Source: an uncultured Methanosarcinaceae archaeon
GTDB lineage: Archaea; Halobacteriota; Methanosarcinia; Methanosarcinales; Methanosarcinaceae
Assembly (NCBI GenBank): GCA_963733675.1
Contig: CAVTET010000001.1
Location: forward strand, 352,001-416,000
DNA: 64,000 nt
Reading direction: 5' to 3'
Shown: positions 21,034 to 33,267 of the stretch, one piece after another
Numbering within the stretch: the first letter of the stretch is position 1
Layout of the letters: every line of letters starts with the position of its first letter
Position numbers and translations under genes: made by a program
The notes under the pieces: generated by a model
The model's database searches: none
What the model was told of the DNA's origin: nothing
The model's input: only the letters and a program-made list of their open reading frames with translations

Positions 21034-23082
21034 CTATTTTTTTTTAAATTTTTTTATTAATTCTCTTACCTGAATTGCACGCTCAAAGTCCAACTTTTCA
21101 GCTGCCTCTCTCATTTCAACATCGAGCTCGATGATGACATTAGGTATATCAGTTTTAGGGATATGTTTGATATCAGTTATATCCACTACTTTTTCTCTAA
21201 TGGGTTTGCAGATAGTTGTCGGTACTATGTCGTGTTCTTTATTGTAAGCTATCTGAATTGAGCGGCGACGCTCTGTTTCGTTAACTGCTTTTTTGATGGA
21301 ATCAGTCATATTGTCTGCATAGAGGACAACCTTTGAACTGGCGTTCCGAGCTGCACGGCCTATTATCTGGATGAGACTTTTTGAGTTCCTCAAAAAACCT
21401 TCTTTATCTGCATCCAGGATACCGATAAAACCTACTTCTGGGATGTCAAGGCCCTCTCTGAGAAGATTGATGCCCACAAGGACATCGAATTTGCCAAGAC
21501 GAAGTTCTCGGATGATTTCAGTTCGCTCTATTGTCTTGATATCAGAATGCAGATAACGAGCTCTAATATCATTTTTAGCAAGGAATTCAGTAAGTTCCTC
21601 AGCAAGTTTTTTAGTCAGGGTGGTTACAAGGGCTCGATCTCCCCTATTTACTATTTTTCGGATTTCCTCCATAACATCCCTGACCTGGCCTTCGAGAGGA
21701 CGGATCTCTACTTCAGGATCAACAAGACCTGTCGGTCTTATTATCTGTTCCACCACCTGGGATGAACGCTCTAGTTCGTAATCTGCGGGAGTAGCGGAAA
21801 CGAAGATCACATTTCTCATATACTGTTCGAATTCATCAAACCTCAGGGGCCGGTTGTCATAGGCGCTTGGAAGCCTGAATCCATAGTCTATAAGGCTCTT
21901 TTTTCGAGATTTGTCTCCATTATACATCCCGTGAAGCTGCGGAATGGTCTGGTGGCTCTCGTCAACGACAAGGAGAAAATCTTCAGGAAAATAATCGAGG
22001 AGGCAAAAAGGTTTCTCTCCAGGCTGGCGGTGGTCAAAATGCCTTGAGTAGTTCTCAATTCCCTTACAACTACCGGTTTCCTCTATCATTTCCATATCAT
22101 AAAGAGTACGCTGCTTTAGCCGGTGAGATTCAAGCAACCCGAGTTGTGGTAGTCTTTCTTCAAGCTCCTTTAGGATGTACTGAATTGCAGTTTTTTGCTC
22201 TTCCTCTGGAATTACATAATGTTTGGCAGGATAGACAAAGAAATAATCCAAGTTTTCAGTTCTCTGTCCTGTCTGCTTATCTACTTCAGAAATTCGATCA
22301 ACCTCATCTCCGAATAGTTCAACCTTGATGATATTATCAAAGTACCCTGGGATGATGTCAATAACATCCCCTTTTACCCTGAAGCGTCCTGGCATGAGCT
22401 CGAGGTCATTACGCTCAAACTGGATTTCAATGAGCTTTTGCAGAATTTCTTTTCTTTGAACCTTATCTCCAACTTTCAGTTCAAACCCCATTTCCTGGAA
22501 GTTTTCCGGATTTCCAAGACCATAAATACAGGATACTGATGCTACAACTATAACGTCCTGGCGAGACATCAGAGAAGCTGTGGTAGCAAGGCGCATCTGC
22601 TCGATTTTAGGATTAATCTGGGCGTCTTTTTCAATGTATTGATCCTTCGCTGGAAGGTATGACTCAGGCTGATAGTAATCATAATATGAGACAAAATACT
22701 CCACCCTATTCTCAGGAAAAAATTCACTGAACTCGTTATAAAGCTGTGCAGCGAGGGTCTTATTATGAGCAATTACAAGGGTTGGTTTCCTGAAATGGTT
22801 TATGACATTTGCAACTGTATAAGTTTTCCCAGATCCTGTTACCCCGATAAGAGTCTGAAAATGCTCCTTTTTCGCCAGCTCTGTCAAAAGTTTTTCTATC
22901 GCCTGCGGCTGTGAACCCCTGGGTTCAAAATGGGAAACCAACTTGAACTGTGGGCTGTTACGATATTGTACATCGTGTATTGTTTCGTATTTTTTTTCGG
23001 ATGATTTTTTGGATGACTTTTGGGATGATAGCTCGGATGATAACTCGGATGATGATTCGTATTCTTGATGCGAAAATTCCAT
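21034..23082 (-). CDS. uvrB: Excinuclease ABC subunit B
   Basis: GVTGSGKT, YYDYYQPE, DESH, GINLLREGLDIPEV. Confidence 0.97.
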   Translation of the reverse strand: MEFSHQEYESSSELSSELSSQKSSKKSSEKKYETIHDVQYRNSPQFKLVSHFEPRGSQPQAIEKLLTELAKKEHFQTLIGVTGSGKTYTVANVINHFRKPTLVIAHNKTLAAQLYNEFSEFFPENRVEYFVSYYDYYQPESYLPAKDQYIEKDAQINPKIEQMRLATTASLMSRQDVIVVASVSCIYGLGNPENFQEMGFELKVGDKVQRKEILQKLIEIQFERNDLELMPGRFRVKGDVIDIIPGYFDNIIKVELFGDEVDRISEVDKQTGQRTENLDYFFVYPAKHYVIPEEEQKTAIQYILKELEERLPQLGLLESHRLKQRTLYDMEMIEETGSCKGIENYSRHFDHRQPGEKPFCLLDYFPEDFLLVVDESHQTIPQLHGMYNGDKSRKKSLIDYGFRLPSAYDNRPLRFDEFEQYMRNVIFVSATPADYELERSSQVVEQIIRPTGLVDPEVEIRPLEGQVRDVMEEIRKIVNRGDRALVTTLTKKLAEELTEFLAKNDIRARYLHSDIKTIERTEIIRELRLGKFDVLVGINLLREGLDIPEVGFIGILDADKEGFLRNSKSLIQIIGRAARNASSKVVLYADNMTDSIKKAVNETERRRSIQIAYNKEHDIVPTTICKPIREKVVDITDIKHIPKTDIPNVIIELDVEMREAAEKLDFERAIQVRELIKKFKKK
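22995..23054 (-). repeat. Degenerate 12-bp tandem repeat in the uvrB 5' end
   Basis: GGATGA recurs every 12 nt, encoding SSEL-SSEL-SSQK-SSKK-SSEK. Confidence 0.7.
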
Positions 23083-23241
23083 AAAACCAAGACCTTAAAT
23101 TTGAAACATTTTATTATTTACTGGATTTATGACTTCTTACAGTCGCAGAATTTGGAAAATTAAAATGAATTTTTGTGATCCCAAAAAATGAAAAAAAGTC
23201 TCCAATCTGTTGAAAAATCAAATAGAGAAACATATCTACAA

Positions 23242-24798
23242 TTACTGGATTAATGATTTTTGCCTCAACAGGCGGTTATAGTTGATTGCGAATCTGTGGG
23301 CTTCATCCCTAATCTCTTGGATAAAGAGGGAAGCCTTTTCTTCTCTTTTGATGTGAAGAGGAGCCTTAAATCCAGGTACATAGATTTCTTCATTTCGTTT
23401 GGCAATGGAAATGATTGGAATCCTAATTTTTAGCCTCTTAAGCTCTTGGAATGCTGAAAAAAGCTGTCCTTTACCCCCATCTATAATAATTAATTCAGGC
23501 ATGTCATGTTTATCCTCAAGCAGGCGGGAGTATCGCCTGCCAACAACCTCGGCAATAGAAGCAAAGTCATCAATTCCTTCCACACTTTCTATTTTGAAGC
23601 GGCGGTAATTATGTTTGTCAGGCCGACCTCCCCGGAACTGCACCATGGAGCCTACAGTAGCCGTACCTGAGAGATGTGAGATATCGAAACATTCAATAAC
23701 ATTCGGAAGCTGAGGCAGAAAAAGCTTACTCTGCAGAGCTTCTAGTTTATTCTGATCTCCGAAAAATCCTATCTCAACATTCTTCAGGGCAAGATCGAGT
23801 AATTCTTTTTTTTCGCCCTGTTTAGGAACCGAAATTTTCACCCTTTTTCCTTTAACCTGTGATAAAAAATCTACAAGAGATTCGTCGAGAAGCTCAGGCA
23901 AGATCAGTTCTTCAGGCGGATCATTCTCAGAATAATACTGTACCAGAAACTCTTCCAGGAAATTTTCCCCAAAGGAAAAAACATAGTCTTGCTTATCTTC
24001 AAGTGTGCCTCTATAGACCTTGAAGAGCATGAGATAGATGTTACCATTTCTGATAATATAGTTTAGGATGTCCTCATTATGCTTCTTCTGCCTCTCCATA
24101 TTTTGTTTTTCATTGAGGTTCTCAAGGGCTGAGACCTCATTTCTGAGGATCATAGCCTGCTCGAATTGTTGCTTTGCAGCTAGATCTTTCATTTCCTTTT
24201 CCATGGACTCAATGAGCTCTCTGATATTGCCTTTCAGGACATCGGTAGCCCTTTTTACTTTATTTTTGTATTCTTCTGAGGAGATTCTTCCTATACATGG
24301 GCCGCTACATGCTCCGATGTGATACCTGAGACAGGCACGAATCGGCATTTTTTTACAGGTCCTTAGCTGGAATGTCTTTCTTACAACCGCAAAAATGTAA
24401 TCTCTTTCCTTTGCAGAAACAAAGGGCCCAAAGAAATTCCCACTTTCTATTTTCTTCCTGGCAAGCCTGATTCTCGGAAATTTTTCTTCGGTTAAATGGA
24501 TGCAGGCGTATCTTTTAGAATCCTTGAGTGCGATATTATACTTTGGCAAGTGTTTCTTAATCAGAGTATTTTCCAGGAGGAAGGCTTCTACTTCAGTATT
24601 TGTAACAATGAAATCAAGGTTTCTGGCTGCCTGCACAAGACTTTCTGTTTTCGGATCAAGATCTCGTTTCTGGAAATAGTTGCTCACCCTTTTTTTAAGA
24701 TCTTTTGCCTTACCTACGTACATTACAGCACCATCTTCATTCTTGAAAAGATAGCATCCAGGCAGGTGAGGAAGAGACTTTAGATCAATCATCTTCAA
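23242..24798 (-). CDS. uvrC: Excinuclease ABC subunit C
   Basis: GIY-YIG (PGCYLF..YVGKAKDL), ECFDISH, IIDGGKGQ, IRDEAHRFA. Confidence 0.97.
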   Translation of the reverse strand: MKMIDLKSLPHLPGCYLFKNEDGAVMYVGKAKDLKKRVSNYFQKRDLDPKTESLVQAARNLDFIVTNTEVEAFLLENTLIKKHLPKYNIALKDSKRYACIHLTEEKFPRIRLARKKIESGNFFGPFVSAKERDYIFAVVRKTFQLRTCKKMPIRACLRYHIGACSGPCIGRISSEEYKNKVKRATDVLKGNIRELIESMEKEMKDLAAKQQFEQAMILRNEVSALENLNEKQNMERQKKHNEDILNYIIRNGNIYLMLFKVYRGTLEDKQDYVFSFGENFLEEFLVQYYSENDPPEELILPELLDESLVDFLSQVKGKRVKISVPKQGEKKELLDLALKNVEIGFFGDQNKLEALQSKLFLPQLPNVIECFDISHLSGTATVGSMVQFRGGRPDKHNYRRFKIESVEGIDDFASIAEVVGRRYSRLLEDKHDMPELIIIDGGKGQLFSAFQELKRLKIRIPIISIAKRNEEIYVPGFKAPLHIKREEKASLFIQEIRDEAHRFAINYNRLLRQKSLIQ

Positions 24799-24855
24799 AC
24801 CTCATTCATTTAAGTTTTAAAAACATCCCAGAGAATTTGTCAAATTATTGACCCC

Positions 24856-27831
24856 TCATAATACTTTTGCTGCCCTGTGTTTGAATTCTTGAGATTTTTC
24901 TTCAAAGCCTTTAGAATTTTCATTAATGTTGTCTTCAAACTCTTCAGAATAGGGATCAAAAGGGTACACCTCTTCAGAAATTGCCTCAGTGGCCTCTGAC
25001 CCCAATATTTTCAAATCTGAGACTCCTCTTGAAAGCCTGGTAGCAAGGAAACATGCAGTATGGCTCTCCTTAACCACAGAAACTTCCTCAGGCGTTCCTG
25101 TAGCAATAATTTCTCCGCCCGCATTTCCGCCTTCAGGACCAAGATCAATTATATAATCTGCTGATTTAATCACGTCTAAGTTATGCTCGATTATGACTAC
25201 GGTATTCTTTTTTGCAACTAGGCCATTGAGGACCGAAATCAGTTTTTGAACATCATGAAAATGCAACCCTGTAGTGGGCTCATCAAGAAGATAGATTGTC
25301 ATTCCAGTGCCCTTTTTGGAGAGCTCTCTTGTAAGCTTGATTCGCTGGGCTTCCCCTCCCGAAAGGGTTGTTGAACTTTGGCCAAGTTTGATATAACCAA
25401 GCCCTACCCTTGTTAAGGTATCAAGCTTACCTTTAACCCAAGGTATATTTTTAAAATGTTCTGAAGCTTCTTCTACTGTCATATCCAGAACTTCTGCAAT
25501 CGATTTGCTCCTATACTTTACTTCTAGGGTTTCCCTGTTGTAACGTGTACCTTTACATTCCTCACACTCTATATATACATCAGGCAGGAAGTTCATTTCA
25601 ATTTTTATCAGCCCGTCTCCCTGGCAGGCCTCACAGCGTCCTCCCTTGACGTTGAAAGAAAAACGCCCACTTTTGTAACCCCGGATCCTGGATTCCTTCG
25701 TTTCGGCAAAGGCCTGCCTGATAGCATCAAAAACCTTTGTATAGGTTGCGGGATTCGAGCGTGGAGTTCTACCAATTGGACTCTGATCAATAACGATTAC
25801 TTTGTCAATCTCAGAATCAAAATTTAAATTTTCATAGTTCCCAGGTGTTACACTTGAATTATATATCTTTTTCATCAGGGCTTTGTACAGTGTATCATAA
25901 ATGAGAGTGGATTTCCCTGATCCCGAAACGCCTGTAACCACAGTCAAGATTCCTATTGGAATGTTCACATCTATATTCTTGAGGTTGTTTGCCCGGCAAC
26001 CTTTAAGCCGGATGAACGCATCACTCCGTCGACGGAGAGCCGGAACATTTATCTGCCTTTCTCCGGAAAGGTACTGACCTGTTAGAGACTCGGGATTCTT
26101 TTCGATCTCCTCAGGCGTACCTTCAGCTACTAAATAGCCCCCATGAATGCCTGCTCCAGGCCCGATATCTAGAACGTGATCAGCAGCTCGAATAGTGTCT
26201 TCATCATGCTCCACAACTATCAGTGTGTTCCCAAGATCTCGTAGTGTCCGGAGAGTCTGAATAAGCAATTCATTATCCCGCTGGTGCAGCCCTATAGACG
26301 GCTCGTCAAGCACGTAGAGCACACCCATGAGGTTAGATCCAATCTGCGTAGCTAGTCGGATGCGTTGAGCTTCTCCTCCTGAGAGGGTCCCTGCACTCCT
26401 GGATAGAGTGAGGTAACCAAGGCCTACATGTTTTAGGAACCCAAGACGGGAATGGATTTCTTTCAAAACCTGCTTTGCGATCTCTTCCTTCTTTTCCGAG
26501 ATCTCCAGGGTCTCAAAAAAATGGATACATTCTACTATTGAGAGATCTGTTACATCTACAATGGATTTATTTCCAAGCTTTACTGCAAGCACTTTTTCCT
26601 TCAGGCGCTTTCCTTCACATCTAGGGCATAGCCGAACTTGCATGAATTTTTCAAGTTCTTTTCGCCTGTACTCGGACTTGGTCTGGTTGTATAAACGTTC
26701 AGACTGAGGGAGAAGTCCCTCCCAGGTTCCTTTATGAGACCACTGAGCATCCCCGTTCTTCATGCTCATACTGAAATGAATGCGTTCATCTGAGCCGTTC
26801 ATAAGAGCTTTGTACTGCTCTTCTGAAAGAGCAACAAGAGGAGTGAAAATATCAAAATCAAAGTGCTTCGCCACGGCTGCCAGATGCTGGTTTCGGAAGC
26901 TGTCAAGGTAATTTCTGTATATGGCCACGGCTCCATCTGCAAGACAGAGAGTCTGATCCGGAATAATCAGATCAGGATCGAATTCCATTTTGATCCCGAG
27001 TCCATTGCACGCTTCACATGCCCCGAAAGGACTGTTAAAAGAAAACATCCTGGGCTGAAGTTCTTCAAAAGCCATATCACATATTGGACAGGACATATTT
27101 GATGAATAAAGGTGGGTTCTTCCTTCCGAATCAACCGCAATTAATAGCCCTTCAGCCTTTTCGAGGGCAATTTCACAGGCCTCAAAAAGCCTAGAACGAT
27201 CTTCTACAGGGTTTATACGGTCAATTACTACTTCAATATCATGTTTTTTGTAGCGATCGAGAACAATCTCGTCATCGATTCTGTAAATTTCCCCATTTAC
27301 ACGAACCCTGGTAAAGCCTTCGCCATTCAGTTCCCTAAAAAGTTGTTGATAAGTACCTTTCTTTTGGCGGACTATAGGTGCGAGGATGGTGACAATACCT
27401 TCATATTCTTTGCTGACACTATCTGCAATTTTATCAGGTGATTGAGATTCAATTATGATATTGTGAACCGGACAGTAAGGAGTTCCGATTCTGGCAAAAA
27501 GCAGCCGCATATAATCATAGATTTCAGTAACTGTTCCAACTGTACTTCGAGGATTTCTGGATGTTGTTTTCTGTTCTATGGAAATTGCCGGGGATAGCCC
27601 TTCAATACTGTCCACATCCGGCTTGTTCATGAGGCCAAGAAACTGACGCGCATAAGCTGAGAGAGATTCCACATAGCGACGCTGTCCTTCTGCATAGATA
27701 GTGTCAAAAGCCAGGGTGGATTTTCCAGAACCTGAGACGCCTGTAATAACAATAAATTTATCCCGCGGGAGCTGGACTGTAATATTTTTCAAATTGTGTT
27801 CCCGTGCCCCTTTAATAATGATATTTTTCAT
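24856..27831 (-). CDS. uvrA: Excinuclease ABC subunit A
   Basis: Two ABC modules ([17 protein letters not shown]) and Zn-finger CxxC pairs. Confidence 0.97.
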   Translation of the reverse strand: MKNIIIKGAREHNLKNITVQLPRDKFIVITGVSGSGKSTLAFDTIYAEGQRRYVESLSAYARQFLGLMNKPDVDSIEGLSPAISIEQKTTSRNPRSTVGTVTEIYDYMRLLFARIGTPYCPVHNIIIESQSPDKIADSVSKEYEGIVTILAPIVRQKKGTYQQLFRELNGEGFTRVRVNGEIYRIDDEIVLDRYKKHDIEVVIDRINPVEDRSRLFEACEIALEKAEGLLIAVDSEGRTHLYSSNMSCPICDMAFEELQPRMFSFNSPFGACEACNGLGIKMEFDPDLIIPDQTLCLADGAVAIYRNYLDSFRNQHLAAVAKHFDFDIFTPLVALSEEQYKALMNGSDERIHFSMSMKNGDAQWSHKGTWEGLLPQSERLYNQTKSEYRRKELEKFMQVRLCPRCEGKRLKEKVLAVKLGNKSIVDVTDLSIVECIHFFETLEISEKKEEIAKQVLKEIHSRLGFLKHVGLGYLTLSRSAGTLSGGEAQRIRLATQIGSNLMGVLYVLDEPSIGLHQRDNELLIQTLRTLRDLGNTLIVVEHDEDTIRAADHVLDIGPGAGIHGGYLVAEGTPEEIEKNPESLTGQYLSGERQINVPALRRRSDAFIRLKGCRANNLKNIDVNIPIGILTVVTGVSGSGKSTLIYDTLYKALMKKIYNSSVTPGNYENLNFDSEIDKVIVIDQSPIGRTPRSNPATYTKVFDAIRQAFAETKESRIRGYKSGRFSFNVKGGRCEACQGDGLIKIEMNFLPDVYIECEECKGTRYNRETLEVKYRSKSIAEVLDMTVEEASEHFKNIPWVKGKLDTLTRVGLGYIKLGQSSTTLSGGEAQRIKLTRELSKKGTGMTIYLLDEPTTGLHFHDVQKLISVLNGLVAKKNTVVIIEHNLDVIKSADYIIDLGPEGGNAGGEIIATGTPEEVSVVKESHTACFLATRLSRGVSDLKILGSEATEAISEEVYPFDPYSEEFEDNINENSKGFEEKSQEFKHRAAKVL

Positions 27832-27938
27832 TTTTTTCTCTCGGATTCTTTTTGTCTCAGTTGAATCAGTTAAATATTCATTTAGTATTACATTCTATAA
27901 TTTGAGGTCTAAAGGATATGTAGATAACATAAACTATA

Positions 27939-28028
27939 GTGGATCTAGATAAATCTCTGATTTTCGCGTGTTGTTTTATACATCATTTATAAGCATATGA
28001 CGAAATTAAGGGATTTGTCGAAATTCTC
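27939..28028 (+). mobile_element. ~90-bp TIR element (MITE-B)
   Basis: GTGGATCTAGATAAATCTCTGATTTTC ... GGGATTTGTCGAAATTCTC; about 110 bp upstream of uvrA. Confidence 0.7.
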
Positions 28029-28699
28029 TATGAACAAACTAATTTGAAAGTTTTTGCTCTTCCTTGGACAATGTGTCAGGGAAAATAACTTCACGCATTT
28101 ACGGATTCTTGTAAATAAATGGATGTCATTGACTGAAATTTATTTCATTGATGACCGTCAGTAACAATTAAATGAAGTTCCTAAATATTAAGTTCCCAGA
28201 TTGTTCAATATATACAACAAATGTGGACTTTTTATTAATAAAGTGATATAGCGAATTGAAAGTAATAATCATTAAATGAATGGATTCTATACTGAATATA
28301 TAACAGACTAGGCCGATAGGCAACGAATATAGCAGCCAAATTTTATCAAATATTATATATGCTAATCCTCAACACTTTCATTTTAGAACAACAATTTCCC
28401 TTACAAATTAGTATTTCTAAGCTTTCAGAGCCAAAAAAACGCCTAAAGAATATATGGTGAAAAAAATGTCGACAGATTGTGAGAAGAGTAGAGTTTAAAG
28501 TTTCAACCATATAACGAGTGTGTACAGTATATTTATCATATAAATAATTATCTATCTAAATATATTTTAGTGCTTTTGTATGCAATAAATAATAAAATGC
28601 CGTAAAGCAGTTTTTCATATGCTCGCTGAAATAATATTCAGAGAAGAAAAATCGGAAAAGATGTAAAGAAAGAGAAGACGAACAACATACATAACTTTC

Positions 28700-30640
28700 T
28701 GTAAAATATGCTCGATGCTATCTAATTTTCTTTTTTTGAGCACTGTTTTATTATTATTATTATTATACATGTTTCCTACTATCTAATCTTCAGTTATACC
28801 AATGAGTATTGAAAATATCAATCTCACTACTCATTCCTTCTATGGAAGGTCCCAAAACTTTGCTTCTTCTTTTGAGTTCTTTGTTAATCCATTCCATCAC
28901 ATTTATTGTTCTTATTTTTGTCAAGTAATTACTTAAAAACTGTAGATAGTTCACTGTATATCTGGAAGCTTTTAATTTATCAGCTGCTCTTTTATCACTA
29001 GTAACACTCAATTTCTTGCCAGGTCATGCAATTTATGGCAATATATCAATGTTTATTTCACATTCTCAGCAACTTCTTTTTGATACCTTCTTAAGAAATT
29101 ATTTCATCAGGTGTAAATGACAAATTTGTCACCTTGATTAAAGAAAAGAGCCTAATATTTCTTTCTGTGATCCTCTATCTTTATCTTAAATTAACTTGAA
29201 ACATCTCAAACATCTTCCTTTCAGATCATCAAAAAAAATCTTCCAAAAGCAAAGAGTTTTCAATGTCTGCGAATCTTTCTCCAAGGATCTTAAGAGAATA
29301 TCATCCTTTATCCTAGCAACTACACAGGGAGCCTTGTTTTAAATAGTGAAGACAGTATGATTACTTTGAAATAAGTAGCATCAATAAGCAGGTAAGGGAT
29401 TTCTCTTTCTATTCTTTTTGAGAGGAATTCTTCAAATTTTTCATCAAATTCTTTAGTAATCCTGGAAACAGAAGAAGATGATATACCACCTACTTCCAAA
29501 ACAGTCATAATTTTTTTGATCCTTTAGGTGGGGACACCTTGCAGATAAGATTCAGCTACAGCAATTCGGAAGACTTTCTAAGCTCTTGAATACTGGATGA
29601 ATAATAATTCTATTTGAGAATATACGATTGCATAGATTTTACTTAGAGGCTATCCGAAAAATCCTGCTGATCTTAATGTTATCAATGCGCACGCTAAATG
29701 TAGCATAGCAAGGTAATTTTCAATTTTCTTTTCGCATCTTATAAGGAGTCTTCTGAATCTATTCAGCCAAGAATGTGTCCTTTCTACCACCCATCTTCTT
29801 GCCCTAAAACCAGGTATCTCTTCTTATGTTTTCTTCTCCACAACTTTTGATATGCTCAGTATAACCATATTCTTCAACCAATTTTCTGATATCGGTGAAA
29901 TCATAACCCTTATCTATGCATATATTCTGAATTATGTTTTCTGGAGAAGGTCTTTCAAAGAATATGGCGTCTAAAGTCCTTTTTACAAGTTTTTTATCGT
30001 GACGATTGGCTCCATCAACGACAACAGAAAGTGGTATGCCTTTACCATTAGTTAAAACAATCCTTTTTGTACCTTTTTTGCCACGATCAGTAGGATTGGT
30101 TCCTGTTCCAGCTCCACCTAATGGTGTTTTTGTCATAGCACCGTAAATTGATTGTCATTCCCATTCTAATCCTTTTTCGAAATCATACTCTACAAGACCA
30201 GCCAGCCACATGCTCTCAAATAAGCCTGATAGTTGCCATTCCTGAAATCTATCATGTACAGTGCTTGGAGCTCCATAAAATTGTGGCAATGCTTTCCATT
30301 GGCAACCAGTAACAAGGAGATAGAGGATGCCACTCATTATTTTCCTATCACCCTTTCTAGGTCTTCCAGACTTCTTTTTTGGCTTAGGTACAGGTAGTAA
30401 AGGCTTTATTTTTTTCCAATAATCTTCAGAAAGTTAGTAGTCCTGAACAATTTTCCGTTTTGTCATTACCACACATGATCTTAAATTGAAAGTAGATTAT
30501 TTTTCTGATAGGCTCTTAATCTAAACCATGCCACGTAACTTCACTATTTTAACCCGACAAGTAGATAACCGAGTCCAAAAAATTAGAAAAAAATCCGGAA
30601 AAATTATGTTCACTAAAATTGGAGGTTATTTACCCTCACG
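28700..30640 (-). mobile_element. Degraded IS256-family element, apparently interrupted by IS5
   Basis: SSSSVSRITKEFDEK..YLLIDATYFKV and RTINVMEWINKELKRRSKV fragments; boundaries approximate. Confidence 0.7.
29646..30515 (-). mobile_element. IS5-family element (IS1031/IS427-like) with pseudogenised transposase
   Basis: TIRs GAGGCTATCCGAAAAA / GAGCCTATCAGAAAAA; TTA TSD; GILYLLVTGCQWKALP, GTNPTDRGKKGTKR and DKGYD; in-frame stops and a frameshift. Confidence 0.9.
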
Positions 30641-30786
30641 ACTTTTCCAATATTCAATAGTTAACTCTAAATATGAGAAGCTAATTGACACTTTCTGATT
30701 TGTGAAAATTAGCATTCAAACAAGATTGTTCTCTTCACAGTTTCAAAAAAGCATTCAACACAACATCTTAAAGAAAATAAATATGG

Positions 30787-30875
30787 AAGAATTTTGGTAA
30801 TCTCTGATTTTCATAAGCCATATTATATGCAAATTATAAGTCTATGACAAAATGAAGGGATTTATCAAGATTTTC
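30787..30875 (+). mobile_element. MITE-B copy
   Basis: AAGAATTTTGGTAATCTCTGATTTTC ... GGGATTTATCAAGATTTTC. Confidence 0.7.
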
Positions 30876-31123
30876 TTAATTATAACTAAAAAGGAAAAAA
30901 TGATATAAGTTAATGCATTAATTGAATGGGATTATTGAGAAATCATATGATCATCTACAAATATTATCCTCATTTATAACCAGAAAATATATAAGGGAAA
31001 AAAATCCCTAAAGAAATGCTCTAAAAAGTTTTTCACCTTTCAGAGCAGTCTATTAAAGCTGCAAAAACCTGGAGTGATGAGAAAAGTAATCTTCTTTGTT
31101 AAAAACAAAATTTTTCTGCCAAC

Positions 31124-31636
31124 TCAGATTCGAGTACGTCTTAATATCATCCCGAATCTGGCTTTCAGTTCCAGGGAATTAAATGGAGGAGTAATATAAT
31201 CATCTGCTCCTGCCTCAAAAGCTTTAACTTTGTCTGTCACCTCACATCTTTCACTAAGCATTACTACCGGTATCCAACAGTACCTAGAACTGGCCTTAAG
31301 CTGCCTACATATCTCAAAACCGTCTATATTCCCAAGTCCAGTATCTAGCAGGACAAGGTCAGGTTTTTCGGTTTTTATGGTTTCAAGGACAGAAAAATTA
31401 CCAGAAGCTTTGACAACACTATAATTTTCAGCTTCAAGCAACGGTTTAAGGCCATCATACACGCTATGTCCATAATTCACAATAAGGATTTTCTCCCTTA
31501 TATCCTTAAAGTTTTCAATGCGCGTTTTTACCATTTCTTCAGCAACCGAAAGCTCAAAGGCAATATCCCTATCACTTATTTCAGGCTTTGCTTCAATCAA
31601 TTTTAATATCTTATTATCTAGCTTTATGTCGTACAT
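31124..31636 (-). CDS. AsnC-type HTH fused to an atypical receiver (REC) domain
   Basis: DNKILKLI..SDRDIAFEL HTH; PDLVLLD, DGFEICRQLK, AGADDYIT. Confidence 0.85.
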   Translation of the reverse strand: MYDIKLDNKILKLIEAKPEISDRDIAFELSVAEEMVKTRIENFKDIREKILIVNYGHSVYDGLKPLLEAENYSVVKASGNFSVLETIKTEKPDLVLLDTGLGNIDGFEICRQLKASSRYCWIPVVMLSERCEVTDKVKAFEAGADDYITPPFNSLELKARFGMILRRTRI

Positions 31637-31871
31637 TTACCCTCCGCCTCTATACAGTATACATTTTATTAGGTATTAAACATTTCTAAAATATTTAGCT
31701 TTAACTTATATAGTAACTTATATATAGTATAGATGGAACAGTGTTCTCCAATTTTTTTCATTAATAGTCTGCCTTGATCAATAGGCAGATAAGTTTATAA
31801 CCATAAATAGCAAGTTAATATTGGAAATAAAAATCACTCACGAAGAGTAGCCACCTCTGAGATGATAAACA

Positions 31872-32153
31872 ATGGATCCACTAGAAAAAATCTTCGGAAA
31901 AACTGCACAGATGACAGTGCTTGAAAACCTGATAGAACACCAGAACGAATCAACCTACCTTTCTGGAATAGCTGAAGAAACTGGGCTGTCGCATTCGAGC
32001 GTATCAAGGGTTATCACACCTTTGATCGGGTCAGGGATTGTCATAGAAAAACCACTGGGAAAGCAAATCAGAACTTTCCAGCTAAACATGGAAAACGAGG
32101 CAACGAGGTTAATAATAGATTTTTACAATAAAATAAACCAGATGTTAGCATGA
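31872..32153 (+). CDS. Small winged-helix DNA-binding protein
   Basis: YLSGIAEETGLSHSSVSRVI helix-turn-helix. Confidence 0.8.
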   Translation: MDPLEKIFGKTAQMTVLENLIEHQNESTYLSGIAEETGLSHSSVSRVITPLIGSGIVIEKPLGKQIRTFQLNMENEATRLIIDFYNKINQMLA

Positions 32154-32260
32154 GCCTTAAAAATAAGAGGCTTGAAAAAGAGAAAATTCGGGACAGAACA
32201 AGACTTTCTGTTCCTTCTTTCTAAGCTTTACAACAGCAATTGGAATATAAAATAATCACA

Positions 32261-33211
32261 TCAAGAAGAGCACAAAGATTTTTCATGTAGCCTGTTTTTT
32301 AGGTTTTCTATGTACTCATTTGCAGCAGTCGCTGCTAGTGCACCATCCCTAACTGCTGCCACAACCTGCCAAATCATCGTGTCACGACAGTCCCCAGCTG
32401 CATAAATACCTTTATCTGATGTTTCAAGTGTATTGTTAGTTCGGATAAAGCCTTCCTCATTCTTTTCCACATTAAAAATTTCAGTATTAGGATGGATGCC
32501 AACAGAGATAAAAACACCATCTATAGCCAATTCATGAATTTCTCCACTTTTTAGATCTTTAAAAATTATTTTTACTACCCTCTTAACTTCTCCGCTGCTT
32601 CCTACGATTTCCATAACAAAAGCATTCAGAATGAATTCGATATTGGGAGTTACTGAAGCCCGATCCTGAAGAATTTTTGCAGCTTTAAATTGCTCTCTCC
32701 TGTGTACAAGATGGACCTTACGGGCAATCTTTGAAAGGAAAAGTGCCTCAGTAATTGCCGAGTTGCCACCTCCGATCACTACAACGGTTTTGTTTCGAAA
32801 AAAAGGTCCATCACAGATAGCGCAATAGGAAACCCCTCTACTTATAAGTTCTTTTTCTCCTGGAACATTAATGTTCTTTGGGTTTGCACCTGTAGCAATT
32901 ATAACAGCTCTTGATTCAAGATCTTCGATGTCCGTAGAAACGATTTTCTTTGTCCCTTCAGAGTGAACAGAGATTACTTCTGTTATCTTTGTCTGTACCC
33001 CCACTTCTTGAGCATGATTTTTGTATTTATCCATTAGCTCAATCCCTGAGATCGATGGGAAACCAGGATAATTTTCCACTATATCTGCAAGCGCTATTTG
33101 GCCACTAATTTCACTCCTTTCAAGAATAAGAGTTTCAAGACCAGAGCGAACGGCAAAAATCCCAGCTGTGAGCCCTGCAGGCCCACCTCCTATAATTATT
33201 AGGTCGTACAT
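32261..33211 (-). CDS. trxB: Thioredoxin reductase
   Basis: GGGPAG, CAIC, GGGNSA, HRR, AAGD; ATG at 33211. Confidence 0.95.
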   Translation of the reverse strand: MYDLIIIGGGPAGLTAGIFAVRSGLETLILERSEISGQIALADIVENYPGFPSISGIELMDKYKNHAQEVGVQTKITEVISVHSEGTKKIVSTDIEDLESRAVIIATGANPKNINVPGEKELISRGVSYCAICDGPFFRNKTVVVIGGGNSAITEALFLSKIARKVHLVHRREQFKAAKILQDRASVTPNIEFILNAFVMEIVGSSGEVKRVVKIIFKDLKSGEIHELAIDGVFISVGIHPNTEIFNVEKNEEGFIRTNNTLETSDKGIYAAGDCRDTMIWQVVAAVRDGALAATAANEYIENLKNRLHEKSLCSS

Positions 33212-33267
33212 GCGTACCTCACAAATCCAAAAAAGTATTCCAGAAAAGTCCAAAATAAATTAAGAAA

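Noticed and set aside
21034-27831. Bacterial-type uvrABC in an archaeon
   Set aside because: Already known in mesophilic methanogens and haloarchaea.
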